NCBI RefSeq assembly: GCF_019913785.1
Contig: NZ_JAIOHK010000060.1
Coordinates: 1,826-65,825 of the forward strand
Reading direction: 5' to 3'
DNA: 64,000 bases
Origin: Altibacter sp.
GTDB lineage: Bacteria > Bacteroidota > Bacteroidia > Flavobacteriales > Flavobacteriaceae
The position numbers and the translations under genes were made by a program. Every line of letters starts with the position of its first letter. Position 1 is the first letter of the stretch. The notes under the pieces are model-generated. The model saw nothing but the letters and a program-made list of their open reading frames with translations. It made no database searches and was not told the origin of the DNA. This document shows positions 8,287 to 17,544 of the stretch, in pieces.

Positions 8287-9135
8287 ATGAGAAAGGTGTT
8301 AATTCCAACCGATTTTTCTGAGAACGCGATGAACGCGATTAAATATGCAATGGAGCTATTTAAATACGAGCGAAGCGAGTTTACAATTATGCATGCCTTC
8401 GCCGATGAGGTTTATGAAAACAACCTTGAAATGTCCCGCGAGCTTTTCGAAGAATACAAAGAAAAAGTGAAAGAGAGTTCCGACAAGGAATTGCAACAGG
8501 TATTAAGCGAAATGTTGGAAATTTCACCCAATCCTCGACACGAATATAATTTCATTTCGGTTTTTGGAAGTTTGGTAGATGAAGCCAATGATTTTGTAGA
8601 TAAGGAGAACATCGATGTTTTGGTTATGGGAACCAAAGGCGAAACAGATGATCGTAATCTTACGTTTGGCAGCAATACCTTGCAGGTAATTAAATATGTA
8701 AAATGTCCCGTATTGGCTATTCCGTCGACGTTTCACGATGTACATACAAAACGAATTCTCTTCCCAACAGATTACCTATTGCCTTTTCAAAGGCGAGAGA
8801 TAAAACTCCTGAGTACCATTGCCAAGAACTATGCGGCCACGATCAATTTTTTATATGTTTCCGATTTTAAAAAGATGTCCTTTAGACAATTGGATAATAA
8901 GTCGCTTATTGAATGTTATCTGGTTGATAACAATACTGCTTTTTATACCGAAGCCGGTACAGATATCACCAAGGGAGTCAATGAGTTTATTAAAAAGCAC
9001 AATGCCGATATGCTCGTAATGGTAAACACTAGACGATCGTATTTGGAAAATGTACTATACACCTCAACCATTCAAAAGATGGGATTGAACGTTCAAATTC
9101 CTTTTTTGGTGCTTCAAAATTTACCCCGATATTAA
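8287..9135 (+). CDS. universal stress protein, tandem Usp domains
   Basis: MRKVLIPTDFSENAMNAIKYA.. and VMGTKGETDDRNLTFGSNT. Paralogue of the neighbouring usp genes. Confidence 0.85.
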   Translation: MRKVLIPTDFSENAMNAIKYAMELFKYERSEFTIMHAFADEVYENNLEMSRELFEEYKEKVKESSDKELQQVLSEMLEISPNPRHEYNFISVFGSLVDEANDFVDKENIDVLVMGTKGETDDRNLTFGSNTLQVIKYVKCPVLAIPSTFHDVHTKRILFPTDYLLPFQRREIKLLSTIAKNYAATINFLYVSDFKKMSFRQLDNKSLIECYLVDNNTAFYTEAGTDITKGVNEFIKKHNADMLVMVNTRRSYLENVLYTSTIQKMGLNVQIPFLVLQNLPRY

Positions 9136-9151
9136 TGTTAAGTCAATTACA

Positions 9152-10003
9152 ATGAAAAAGATACTAGTCCCCACCGATTTTTCCGACAATGCCTACAACG
9201 CCATTCAATATGCCATGAAGCTTTTTGAAAAAGAAACATGTACCTTCTATTTGTTGAATACGTTTACTCCTGCTGCGTACAATGTGGGTGCCATGGCCGA
9301 CAGCTATTCGGCATTGCGCCTTCAGGAAATTGTTAAGGAAAATTCTGAAAATGAATTAGCCAGAATTGAAAAAAGCATCAAAAAAGAGTTTAACAATCCA
9401 AAACACAGTTTCGAAAAAATTGCCAGTTTCAATCTGCTGGTTATGGAAATTTTAGATATTATAGAGACTCATGATATAGATTTAATTGTAATGGGAACCC
9501 AAGGGGCTACAGGTGCTAAAGAAGTATTCTTGGGGACACATACTACATTCACTATTAAAAAGGTAAAATGTCCTGTGATAGCGGTGCCTTCCGGGTTTAC
9601 CTATGAAACCCCTAAAGAGATTTTATTTCCCACCGATTTTCGATTGAGTACGTCAAACAGATATTTGAAACTTATCAAAGATATCTGTGATTCGCATGTC
9701 GCCAGATTACATATTTTAAATGCCTATTACGAACCACTTGACGAAGAACAAAACAAGGTAAAGGACTTTTTGGATCAATACTTTAAAGGAAATGCCCACT
9801 TATTTCACTTGGCAGAAGATACAGATGTATTGGGGGCGATCGAAACCTTTCAGGTAAAACATAAGATCAATTTCTTAATTATGATCCACAATAAACATTC
9901 CTTCTTCGAAAACATGCTTTTTAAACCTGTTGTCAATCAAGTGGCCTACCATACCAATATTCCATTTTTAGTGATTCCTTCGGAACAACGAATGCTTCAC
10001 TAA
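9152..10003 (+). CDS. universal stress protein, tandem Usp domains
   Basis: MKKILVPTDFSDNAYNAIQYA.. and VMGTQGATGAKEVFLGTHT. Confidence 0.85.
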   Translation: MKKILVPTDFSDNAYNAIQYAMKLFEKETCTFYLLNTFTPAAYNVGAMADSYSALRLQEIVKENSENELARIEKSIKKEFNNPKHSFEKIASFNLLVMEILDIIETHDIDLIVMGTQGATGAKEVFLGTHTTFTIKKVKCPVIAVPSGFTYETPKEILFPTDFRLSTSNRYLKLIKDICDSHVARLHILNAYYEPLDEEQNKVKDFLDQYFKGNAHLFHLAEDTDVLGAIETFQVKHKINFLIMIHNKHSFFENMLFKPVVNQVAYHTNIPFLVIPSEQRMLH

Positions 10004-10018
10004 ATAAAACCAAGATAT

Positions 10019-10825
10019 ATGAAGAAGAGAATTCTAATCCCCACCGATTTTTCTAAAAATGCCTGGAATGCAATTGCATATGCCGCTGATCTGTACAAAC
10101 GAGAAGCAGTAGATTTTTATATTGTACACGCCTTCGGTAAATCAAGATCGAGCACAGCCGATCAACAGGCTGAAATCGGACTTCAGAAAACGCTAAAACT
10201 TCTCGAAATAAAAACAACATACCCTAACCATACTTATTTTACACTTGCTTTAGATATGCTACCACTTAGAGCAATCAAAGAAACCGTAGAGCGTAAAGAT
10301 ATCGAATTGGTCGTGATGGGGACCAAGGGAGAAACAGATGATAAGGATGTCTTCTACGGAAGCAACACGGTCGACGCCATGGAAAAGGTGCGAAACTGCC
10401 CGGTCTTAGCAATACCGGGAGACATTACATATCAAGACCCCAATGAAATTGTCTTTCCTACCAGTTATAAGACGCATTATAAAAGAAGAGAGCTGCGGTA
10501 TTTGTTTGAAATATCACGAATCACCAATGCACCTATTCGTATTTTGCACGTACAATCGGAGAAAAACCTGAGTCCATTGAAGCAAAGCAATAAGGAACTT
10601 TTGGAAAATTGTTTGGATGGGACTAATTATTCCTTTCATTGGTTGGAGAATGTGAGTGTGCAAGAAGGCCTTTTCAATTTTGTTTCTCAGCGAAATAGTG
10701 GTATGATTGCCTTTATAAATAAGAAACATCAATTCTTTGGCAGTATTTTTTCAAATCCTTTAGTGAAACAATTGGGGATGTATGCAACGATTCCGGTGTT
10801 GGCATTGCACGACCTTAGAAATTAA
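10019..10825 (+). CDS. universal stress protein, tandem Usp domains
   Basis: MKKRILIPTDFSKNAWNAIAYA.. and VMGTKGETDDKDVFYGSNT. Confidence 0.85.
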   Translation: MKKRILIPTDFSKNAWNAIAYAADLYKREAVDFYIVHAFGKSRSSTADQQAEIGLQKTLKLLEIKTTYPNHTYFTLALDMLPLRAIKETVERKDIELVVMGTKGETDDKDVFYGSNTVDAMEKVRNCPVLAIPGDITYQDPNEIVFPTSYKTHYKRRELRYLFEISRITNAPIRILHVQSEKNLSPLKQSNKELLENCLDGTNYSFHWLENVSVQEGLFNFVSQRNSGMIAFINKKHQFFGSIFSNPLVKQLGMYATIPVLALHDLRN

Positions 10826-10833
10826 ATAGCAGC

Positions 10834-11685
10834 ATGGGAAAAAAACAAGAGGAATCCATTGAGGTTGTAAAGTCATCGGGGCAAATCGTCCGGTTTTCAA
10901 TTGAAAAATTGAAAAATTCGTTACGTCGCAGCGGTGCCGATGAAAGCAGTGTTCAGCATATTGTGGATGTGGTACGGGATGAATTATATCAGGGTATTTC
11001 TACCAAAGAAATTTACAACCGAGCCTTTGCCTTATTGAAAAAGAAAAAATCAATTTACGCCTCGAAGTATAAATTGAAAAAAGCTATCTATGAATTGGGT
11101 CCCACCGGATTTCCTTTCGAAAAATTTGTAGCCTCTGTGTTGTTCTATTCAGGATACGGCGTTCAAACGGGTCAAATCTTACAAGGAAAATGCGTAACGC
11201 ATGAAGTAGATGTAGTGGCTCACAAAAATGGACAGTACATTGTGGCCGAATGCAAATTTCACAATGTGGAGGGAAGAAACTGTGATGTGAAGGTGCCGCT
11301 GTATATTCATTCTAGGTATCAAGACATTCTAAAATTTTATGAAAAGGAAATTCAACCGGGAAAGACCCCTAATGAAGGATGGGTGGTTACCAATACCCGA
11401 TTTACTTCAGATGCCTTGCAATACGGCAAATGTGTAGGTTTGAATCTGTTAAGTTGGGATTATCCTATTAACGATGGTCTAAAAGATCGTATAGACAGAT
11501 TAGGACTTTACCCCATAACCGTTTCCACCTTGCTTTCTCAACGAGAAAAGCAATTTTTATTAAGTAGAGATGTGGTGCTATGCAGGGAGTTGATAAATGA
11601 TGTGTTTTATTTGGATCACCTGGGAATTTCAGAAACTAGAAAGGCAAAAATCTTAAAGGAGATAAATATGTTATGTACTACTTGA
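10834..11685 (+). CDS. ATP-cone domain protein fused to PD-(D/E)xK (Mrr-like restriction-endonuclease fold) domain
   Basis: N-terminal ATP-cone-like segment (VVKSSGQIVRFSIEKLKNSLRRSGADESSVQHIVDVV..ISTKEIY). Then GFPFEKFVASVL..HEVDVVAHKNGQYIVAECKFH, which gives D..ExK nuclease-fold motifs. Confidence 0.65.
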   Translation: MGKKQEESIEVVKSSGQIVRFSIEKLKNSLRRSGADESSVQHIVDVVRDELYQGISTKEIYNRAFALLKKKKSIYASKYKLKKAIYELGPTGFPFEKFVASVLFYSGYGVQTGQILQGKCVTHEVDVVAHKNGQYIVAECKFHNVEGRNCDVKVPLYIHSRYQDILKFYEKEIQPGKTPNEGWVVTNTRFTSDALQYGKCVGLNLLSWDYPINDGLKDRIDRLGLYPITVSTLLSQREKQFLLSRDVVLCRELINDVFYLDHLGISETRKAKILKEINMLCTT

Positions 11686-11686
11686 T

Positions 11687-13057
11687 ATGGAATCGATTAA
11701 AATTCATTTTTTAGGAGCGGCCGGAACTGTAACCGGATCGAAATACTTACTGGAGACACCACAACAGAATATCTTGATCGATTGTGGTATGTTTCAGGGG
11801 CTTAAAGAATTGCGGGAGAAGAATTGGGAGCACTTGCCCATTGATGTAGCCTCTATCGATGTGGTCTTATTAACACATGGACATTTGGACCATACCGGAT
11901 ACTTGCCCAGATTGGTAAAACAGGGATTTCGCGGCAAAATAATTGGGACGGCACCTACTTTGGCTATTACAAAGATTATTTTGTTGGACAGTGCCAAGAT
12001 TCATGAAGAAGAGGCCCAAAGGGCTAACGAAGAAGGTTATTCAAAACACCATCCTGCCCAACCGTTTTATACCATCAAAGAAGCAGAAGTAACACTTGGA
12101 TTTTTTCAGCAGAAGGAAAAAGAGCAGTGGCATTCACTAACTGAAGATATTTCCTATAGGTTTTTGTACAACGGTCATATTATTGGAGCCACCTTTATCG
12201 AATTAAACCTCTTCGGAAAGCTATTCGTTTTTTCGGGAGATATTGGAAGAGAAAGTGATCTGTTATTGTTTCCGCCGGAACGCCCTACTCGGGCCGATTA
12301 TCTTTTTATTGAAAGCACCTATGGTAATAAATTGCACCCTGCGGAAAGCGTTTCAGAAAAACTGGTAGCGCTCATTTCACAAACCATTCATCAAAGAGGC
12401 GCCTTGATAATTCCTTCTTTTGCGGTAGAACGACTCCAAACTTTGATGTTTATCCTTTGGAAACTGTACAATGAAAATCGAATCCCTAACATTCCAATTT
12501 TTATTGACAGCCCTATGGGAAACAACGTACTATCTGTTTTTGAAAGCTTTCCCGATTGGCATAAAATTCCGCCGAAGGACTTTAGTGCCATGCAGCGTAG
12601 AATGAATATTATTACTTCCTACAAAGAAACCTGGGAAACTATTGACAATCCACAACCAAAAGTGGTGATTGCAGGAAGTGGTATGGTTACCGGAGGCAGG
12701 GTGTTAACCTATTTGCAGCAGCTTATAGATAAACCGGAAACGGCAGTTTTATTAGTTGGCTATCAAGCCGAAGGAACCCGCGGGCGGCAGTTATTGGAAG
12801 GAGCTCACGAATTAAAATTCTTCGGAAAGTATCGAGAAGTAAAAGCTCAGATTCATCATATTGAAAGTTTGTCGGCCCACGCAGATCAGCAAGGTTTGTT
12901 GGATTGGACGAGTCATATTAAAAACAATCCTGAAGATGTATTTTTAGTTCACGGTGAAGCTACTGCTCAAGATGCCCTTCGTGTTAAGTTTATGGATACC
13001 TATGGCTGGAAGGTGCAAATTCCGAAGCTATATGAAATAGTTGAGATTGAGATCTAA
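11687..13057 (+). CDS. MBL-fold metallo-hydrolase with beta-CASP / RNA-specificity domain (RNase J/CPSF-like)
   Basis: 456 aa. Motif LLTHGHLDHTGYLP (HxHxDH), FIESTYG, a beta-CASP segment and the C-terminal SAHAD motif (ESLSAHADQQGL). Confidence 0.8.
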   Translation: MESIKIHFLGAAGTVTGSKYLLETPQQNILIDCGMFQGLKELREKNWEHLPIDVASIDVVLLTHGHLDHTGYLPRLVKQGFRGKIIGTAPTLAITKIILLDSAKIHEEEAQRANEEGYSKHHPAQPFYTIKEAEVTLGFFQQKEKEQWHSLTEDISYRFLYNGHIIGATFIELNLFGKLFVFSGDIGRESDLLLFPPERPTRADYLFIESTYGNKLHPAESVSEKLVALISQTIHQRGALIIPSFAVERLQTLMFILWKLYNENRIPNIPIFIDSPMGNNVLSVFESFPDWHKIPPKDFSAMQRRMNIITSYKETWETIDNPQPKVVIAGSGMVTGGRVLTYLQQLIDKPETAVLLVGYQAEGTRGRQLLEGAHELKFFGKYREVKAQIHHIESLSAHADQQGLLDWTSHIKNNPEDVFLVHGEATAQDALRVKFMDTYGWKVQIPKLYEIVEIEI

Positions 13058-13071
13058 TTCTACCGAAGCTC

Positions 13072-13914
13072 TTAAAGCTTGCAAAGGTTTTTAACCTCTT
13101 CTAGAATACGTTCGATGCGCTGAGAGGAAACACCTATTTTATCCAGAATACTACTGACTTCAAAAAGTTCCTTGACTAGAATCACATCATTGTCAATAAG
13201 TTGTGTCTTTTCGCTTTTGGAAAGGGTGGTTAATGTTGTAATGGGATAAAGTCCAAATTTATCGACATTCTGTTTTATACCGCTATTTTTTGGATAGTCC
13301 CAGCTAAGTAAATGTAAGCCTACACATTTGGCATAGTCTATTGCATCTTGAGAAAAACGCGTATTGGTGATCAACCATCCTTGTTTTAAATGAGATGCTT
13401 TTTTAGGGTCTTTGTTCCATTGTTCTTGAATGTCTAAAAATCTGGAATTGATATACAAGGGAACTCTCACATTGCTCACCCCTTTGGGATCTGAGTGAAA
13501 CTTACATTCGATAGCGTATGTATTTCCATCTTTTTCAGCTAAGACGTCAATTTCGTGAGTAACACATTTACCCTTTAAAACGATTCCGACTCGAGTGGTA
13601 TAATCGTGTTGTTTAAGCAATGCGCTTACTAAGCGTTCAAATGGAAATCCAGTAGGGCCTAAATCGAATATGGCGCGTTTTAAACTGTAGCGCGATGCCG
13701 ATATTCTATTGTATTTTTTTAATATGGAAAAGGCTTTCTTATAGATTTCATTTGAAGAAATACCGTCATAAATTGAAGGTTGGATTTGAGTAATAATGGT
13801 GTCAACTTCATTATTAGTTGCCCCTGATGACTGAAGTGACTGTTTTAATTTTTGAACTGAAAATGGTTCAGCTTCTTCGGTGTTTTTCACAACAAATATT
13901 TCATTTTTAGACAT
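13072..13914 (-). CDS. ATP-cone + PD-(D/E)xK domain protein, paralogue of 10834..11685
   Basis: Collinear with 10834..11685 over the full length, roughly half the residues identical by eye (GPTGFPFE, KGKCVTHEIDVLAEKDGNTYAIECKFH, LLSWDYP, GLYPIT). Confidence 0.65.
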   Translation of the reverse strand: MSKNEIFVVKNTEEAEPFSVQKLKQSLQSSGATNNEVDTIITQIQPSIYDGISSNEIYKKAFSILKKYNRISASRYSLKRAIFDLGPTGFPFERLVSALLKQHDYTTRVGIVLKGKCVTHEIDVLAEKDGNTYAIECKFHSDPKGVSNVRVPLYINSRFLDIQEQWNKDPKKASHLKQGWLITNTRFSQDAIDYAKCVGLHLLSWDYPKNSGIKQNVDKFGLYPITTLTTLSKSEKTQLIDNDVILVKELFEVSSILDKIGVSSQRIERILEEVKNLCKL

Positions 13915-13959
13915 AGTGCATTGTTTTAGTATTTTAAGATTTCAGTAATTTTTAAAGGT

Positions 13960-13971
13960 TGGTCGATATCA
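13960..13971. promoter_or_regulatory. degenerate FNR/FixK-like box TGGTCGATATCA
   Basis: One core mismatch. Centre is about 51 nt upstream of the second ATP-cone gene start (13914, minus strand). Confidence 0.3.
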
Positions 13972-14071
13972 ATTTTAGGGTCATAACAGGATATTGTGCA
14001 GGTATTTAACCAATCAAGATCAAAAGCAACAAATCTTTATAATTGTTAAAAAAAGAGGTGTCAACCCGCTT

Positions 14072-14656
14072 TTATGCAAAGGCTATAAGTCCTTTTATCA
14101 ATGAATATATTATCGCTGTTACCAATCCCACTAAAAAAATGACCACCGAAAGGACCAATATTTTTTGTTTTAGAGCGATAGTCTTACCCAAAAAATAAAG
14201 ATCGTCTATCATTTCTTCATAGATCGTATGCCCTGTCTCCATAATACGTTTAAATTCAGATTTGAACTCTTCTAAGGATAGCGAAGAAAAATTTTCTGCA
14301 TATAAAACTCCTTTATAACCACTTTTTTTAAAAGCTCTGCCAAAGTAACGATGTGGGAGCATACTAAATAAGGCAAAAACCATAGAGAGCATACTACAAA
14401 TTAGTAATGCCCTAATGCCTAGTACAATTTTAAATCCATCATTATTCGGTGCTATAAATAGGACCCCCAATAATAGGGAAGTGATTATTGAGTTAACGGT
14501 GAGTACGATCCTTGCTTTATTATCAACCATTTTTAACAGATTATAATGATTTCGGGAAAGTGTTCTAAACAACGTTTGAACACCTCGGGAATCGTACTTG
14601 TCTTGCTTTCGTTTTTTTGGCTTACTTTCAGTGTTTGATTGTTTATCGTCTTTCAT
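14072..14656 (-). CDS. small membrane protein, DUF5706/PycTM-like (tentative)
   Basis: 194 aa. Basic N-terminus, then LLKMVDNKARIVLTVNSIITSLLLG and 3-4 TM helices. Resemblance to the Pycsar-effector TM family is by eye only. Confidence 0.35.
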   Translation of the reverse strand: MKDDKQSNTESKPKKRKQDKYDSRGVQTLFRTLSRNHYNLLKMVDNKARIVLTVNSIITSLLLGVLFIAPNNDGFKIVLGIRALLICSMLSMVFALFSMLPHRYFGRAFKKSGYKGVLYAENFSSLSLEEFKSEFKRIMETGHTIYEEMIDDLYFLGKTIALKQKILVLSVVIFLVGLVTAIIYSLIKGLIAFA

Positions 14657-14688
14657 AATATTTAATTTATTAAGAGAGAATGCTCACT

Positions 14689-16521
14689 CTATAGATCTTC
14701 ATTAAATTTCAATTTCGGTAAAATGGTTTTATTTCCTCTTTGAACATGTTGCATTTTACACAGTATTTTGTCCAACATTTTAACCGCTTTTTCTATGTAT
14801 GGCCCTTTGTTTAACATGACACATTCTGCTCGCTGAGCCATGGCAGCATCGGTGATTTCTGCCCTTGTGGGTATTCCTTTTTTTATCATGTTTTCTAAAA
14901 CCTGAGTTGCCCAAATATCAGGCAAATGAGCAGATTCGCAAAGCTGTAGTATTTCTTCCTGAATAATGGCGAAATTTTCCCACCCTGTTTCTATGGCTAA
15001 ATCACCTCGCGCTATCATAACACCAATTGGATAATTTTCCATGGCCTTTAATATGATGCCAGGCAGATTTTTATAGGCTTCTTGCGTTTCAATTTTTAAT
15101 ATAATACCAATATTAGCATTGAGACTTTTTAGTTCATTGAGTAAATTTTCAATATCCTGTTTGTCATTGATAAACGAAAAATTAACTACATCAGCATTTT
15201 TCACAACAAATTGTAAGTCCTTTTTATCTTTATCGGTCAACTCGCTAAAACTCAATTTACTTTTGGGTAAATTTATTCCCTTATCAGCTCTTAATTTGCC
15301 ACCTTTACTTTTGGTACCGGTAATTTCTATAATTAAATACTCTGTTTGAATTTCTTTGATGACCCCTTCAATTTTACCATCATCAAAATAAATTTGCTCT
15401 TTTTCATTGACCATATTAAAAACCTCGGGCAAAGTACATGAAACATGAGCCATTTCAGTAATACTACCTTCCTGGTCATATAGAGCAGGTTCTCCCAAAA
15501 TAGGCTCTTTATCAAGCCTCAATAAATCGCCTTCAGACAAAAAGATAACTTCTTCTAATGGTAATAACTTATTAGCAGTATGCTTTTCAGAAGCAGATCC
15601 TTTTCCAAAAAATACGTTTAGCGAAGTTCCGGAAACAATAAAGGCCGATTTTTTACAATTCCCCCAACGCCCATTATTTTCTAGTTTATCAATGATGATT
15701 TTACGCCTTTTACCCCGTGAATCTTTAAAAATAATATAGGAACCAATTTGTGTTTTTTGAAGCCAATTTTTATTTATCGGAATGATAGCATCCGCTTCTT
15801 CTCCCTGAGGAGGTTGAGTGCCGTAGGGTGCCATCCAAATTTTTGCAGGAGCTACTACTTTACCTAGATCATTTTTTTTTGGCTTTATATGAATAACCTT
15901 ATGACCAGGTTTCATTTTGCCGGTCCTAATTTTGGGCCCCGCCAAATCCATCGTGATTTTGCAGTTATTCTCATGGGCTCTAATGTTATTTATTATGCTC
16001 TTCCATGTAGTTTCATCATCATGTGCGCAATTAATTCTTGCACAATCCATTCCCAAATCTATAAGTGATTTAGTAAATTGTGCGTCACTTGCAGCATTCA
16101 ATGGCTGAGTAACCATAATGGCTGTTTTTCTTTTATTTTTTATCTTACCAAAGAGAGCTTCAAAATTTTCTTTCTGGATTTTCTTTGCTTCCTTATTGGT
16201 GAGGAATATTTTTTTATCATCAGATGAATCAGTCTTCAGTAAACTATTAATAATGGTTTTAAAACTTAAAATTCTATGTAAAATACTCCCTTTAAACTCA
16301 GGTGAATTCGGCAAACCAATTTCATCAATTTTTTTTTGTAAAATATCGATACTAAACGAACGTAAGGCCAAATAATGAATTAAATTCTTAGCGCTGTTAG
16401 TATAATTAGGGTGTACACTATCTATTTGTTGTTTATACTTAGCTTCAAATTCATAAATTTTAGCAAGTATTAAATCACTTGTGACTTCAATTTCTTGTAA
16501 TTTATTTTTCGGGTAGAGCAT
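14689..16521 (-). CDS. pyruvate kinase family protein with long N-terminal extension
   Basis: RINCAHDD, MDLAGPKIRTG and IMIARGDLAIE match the PK barrel motifs. The ORF-track start at 16548 is TTG, so ATG 16521 (MLYPKNK..) is preferred. Confidence 0.7.
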   Translation of the reverse strand: MLYPKNKLQEIEVTSDLILAKIYEFEAKYKQQIDSVHPNYTNSAKNLIHYLALRSFSIDILQKKIDEIGLPNSPEFKGSILHRILSFKTIINSLLKTDSSDDKKIFLTNKEAKKIQKENFEALFGKIKNKRKTAIMVTQPLNAASDAQFTKSLIDLGMDCARINCAHDDETTWKSIINNIRAHENNCKITMDLAGPKIRTGKMKPGHKVIHIKPKKNDLGKVVAPAKIWMAPYGTQPPQGEEADAIIPINKNWLQKTQIGSYIIFKDSRGKRRKIIIDKLENNGRWGNCKKSAFIVSGTSLNVFFGKGSASEKHTANKLLPLEEVIFLSEGDLLRLDKEPILGEPALYDQEGSITEMAHVSCTLPEVFNMVNEKEQIYFDDGKIEGVIKEIQTEYLIIEITGTKSKGGKLRADKGINLPKSKLSFSELTDKDKKDLQFVVKNADVVNFSFINDKQDIENLLNELKSLNANIGIILKIETQEAYKNLPGIILKAMENYPIGVMIARGDLAIETGWENFAIIQEEILQLCESAHLPDIWATQVLENMIKKGIPTRAEITDAAMAQRAECVMLNKGPYIEKAVKMLDKILCKMQHVQRGNKTILPKLKFNEDL

Positions 16522-16623
16522 GTTCCAAAATTTTAGTTTATAAAGCAAAATAGTTGCAAAAAGCCTAGAATTACTTGTAATTGAACCTCCATGAATTAGA
16601 GGTTAAAACAATTGCATTTAGAT

Positions 16624-17544
16624 TTAAAATCTTAATATTTCCGTCATAAGCCCAAATCGGATAATATTCAGTTGTTGTTGAAAATAGATATTATAATAAT
16701 CTGCACCGTGATATAATTGGACGAAAAACCCAATATCTTCTAAAAACTTCGGATGATAGTAAAAGGTAAGACTAGCATTGAATCTATCTAAATCAAAAAA
16801 GGCTAAATCATTAAAATTATCAAGCATTATGGTTGTTTCTACTTTTAACGAAAAATTAGCCGATCTTTTTTTACTGAAAAAATCGCGATCCATCGGAAGC
16901 TTATAGGCAAAAAATGAGTTATGCCATCGAAGCCCGCTGTACAGACCATGTAGTTCTTCTTGCGTCCAACTTTTAGGGTGTATTTCCAGAGCGCTTTTAA
17001 TAAATTTTACCGCGTTCACAGTAGTGCCGTATGATGTATCGATAAAGCCGAATTCAAAAAAATTGGTTGCAAAATTTCCAGATTGGAGATTAATTTTGGG
17101 TTCGTTAACATCTAATAAAGGACCGTCTAAATAAAAATTGCCATCCTGTCCATTTGAATGATGTGCTATTCGAGCAAATACTGTGGTATGATGTGCTAGC
17201 TCTGGATAACCCATCAAATAGTAGAACGAAATTTGCGGAATATAACTAGGGGTTTTTACGGGATACGATTCTTCATTATACATCCGAATCATAATTTGTG
17301 GGGTAAGCACCATCATCATTTTTGAATCACTGCGTTGACGGATGATAAAATTAGGATTGAGATTGGCTTCAAACATTAAAGGTGCTATGTTTCCAATATC
17401 TATGGGGAAAGTAATATAGCTATCACTTTGATTTATATGTGCTATTTTCGCTAGATCAAGTCGTGGTAGGGTATCATTTTTGGTTTGGGCATAGCCAAAA
17501 CTCAGAAGAAGACAAAAGAATATTAGATTTGTAGATTTAATCAT
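16624..17544 (-). CDS. outer-membrane beta-barrel protein, phospholipase A1 (OMPLA)-like
   Basis: Signal peptide, a C-terminal ..LRF, and a HHSNGQDG motif reminiscent of the OMPLA HxSNG catalytic motif. The catalytic Asn position was not confirmed. Confidence 0.35.
   Translation of the reverse strand: MIKSTNLIFFCLLLSFGYAQTKNDTLPRLDLAKIAHINQSDSYITFPIDIGNIAPLMFEANLNPNFIIRQRSDSKMMMVLTPQIMIRMYNEESYPVKTPSYIPQISFYYLMGYPELAHHTTVFARIAHHSNGQDGNFYLDGPLLDVNEPKINLQSGNFATNFFEFGFIDTSYGTTVNAVKFIKSALEIHPKSWTQEELHGLYSGLRWHNSFFAYKLPMDRDFFSKKRSANFSLKVETTIMLDNFNDLAFFDLDRFNASLTFYYHPKFLEDIGFFVQLYHGADYYNIYFQQQLNIIRFGLMTEILRF

Noticed and set aside
14072-14656. PycTM-like membrane protein considered as evidence of a Pycsar/CBASS-type anti-phage system
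   Set aside because: There is no nucleotide cyclase, no cNMP-binding domain, and no other defence genes nearby. The similarity is only a by-eye motif. It is kept as an unexplained gene pair, not a defence call.
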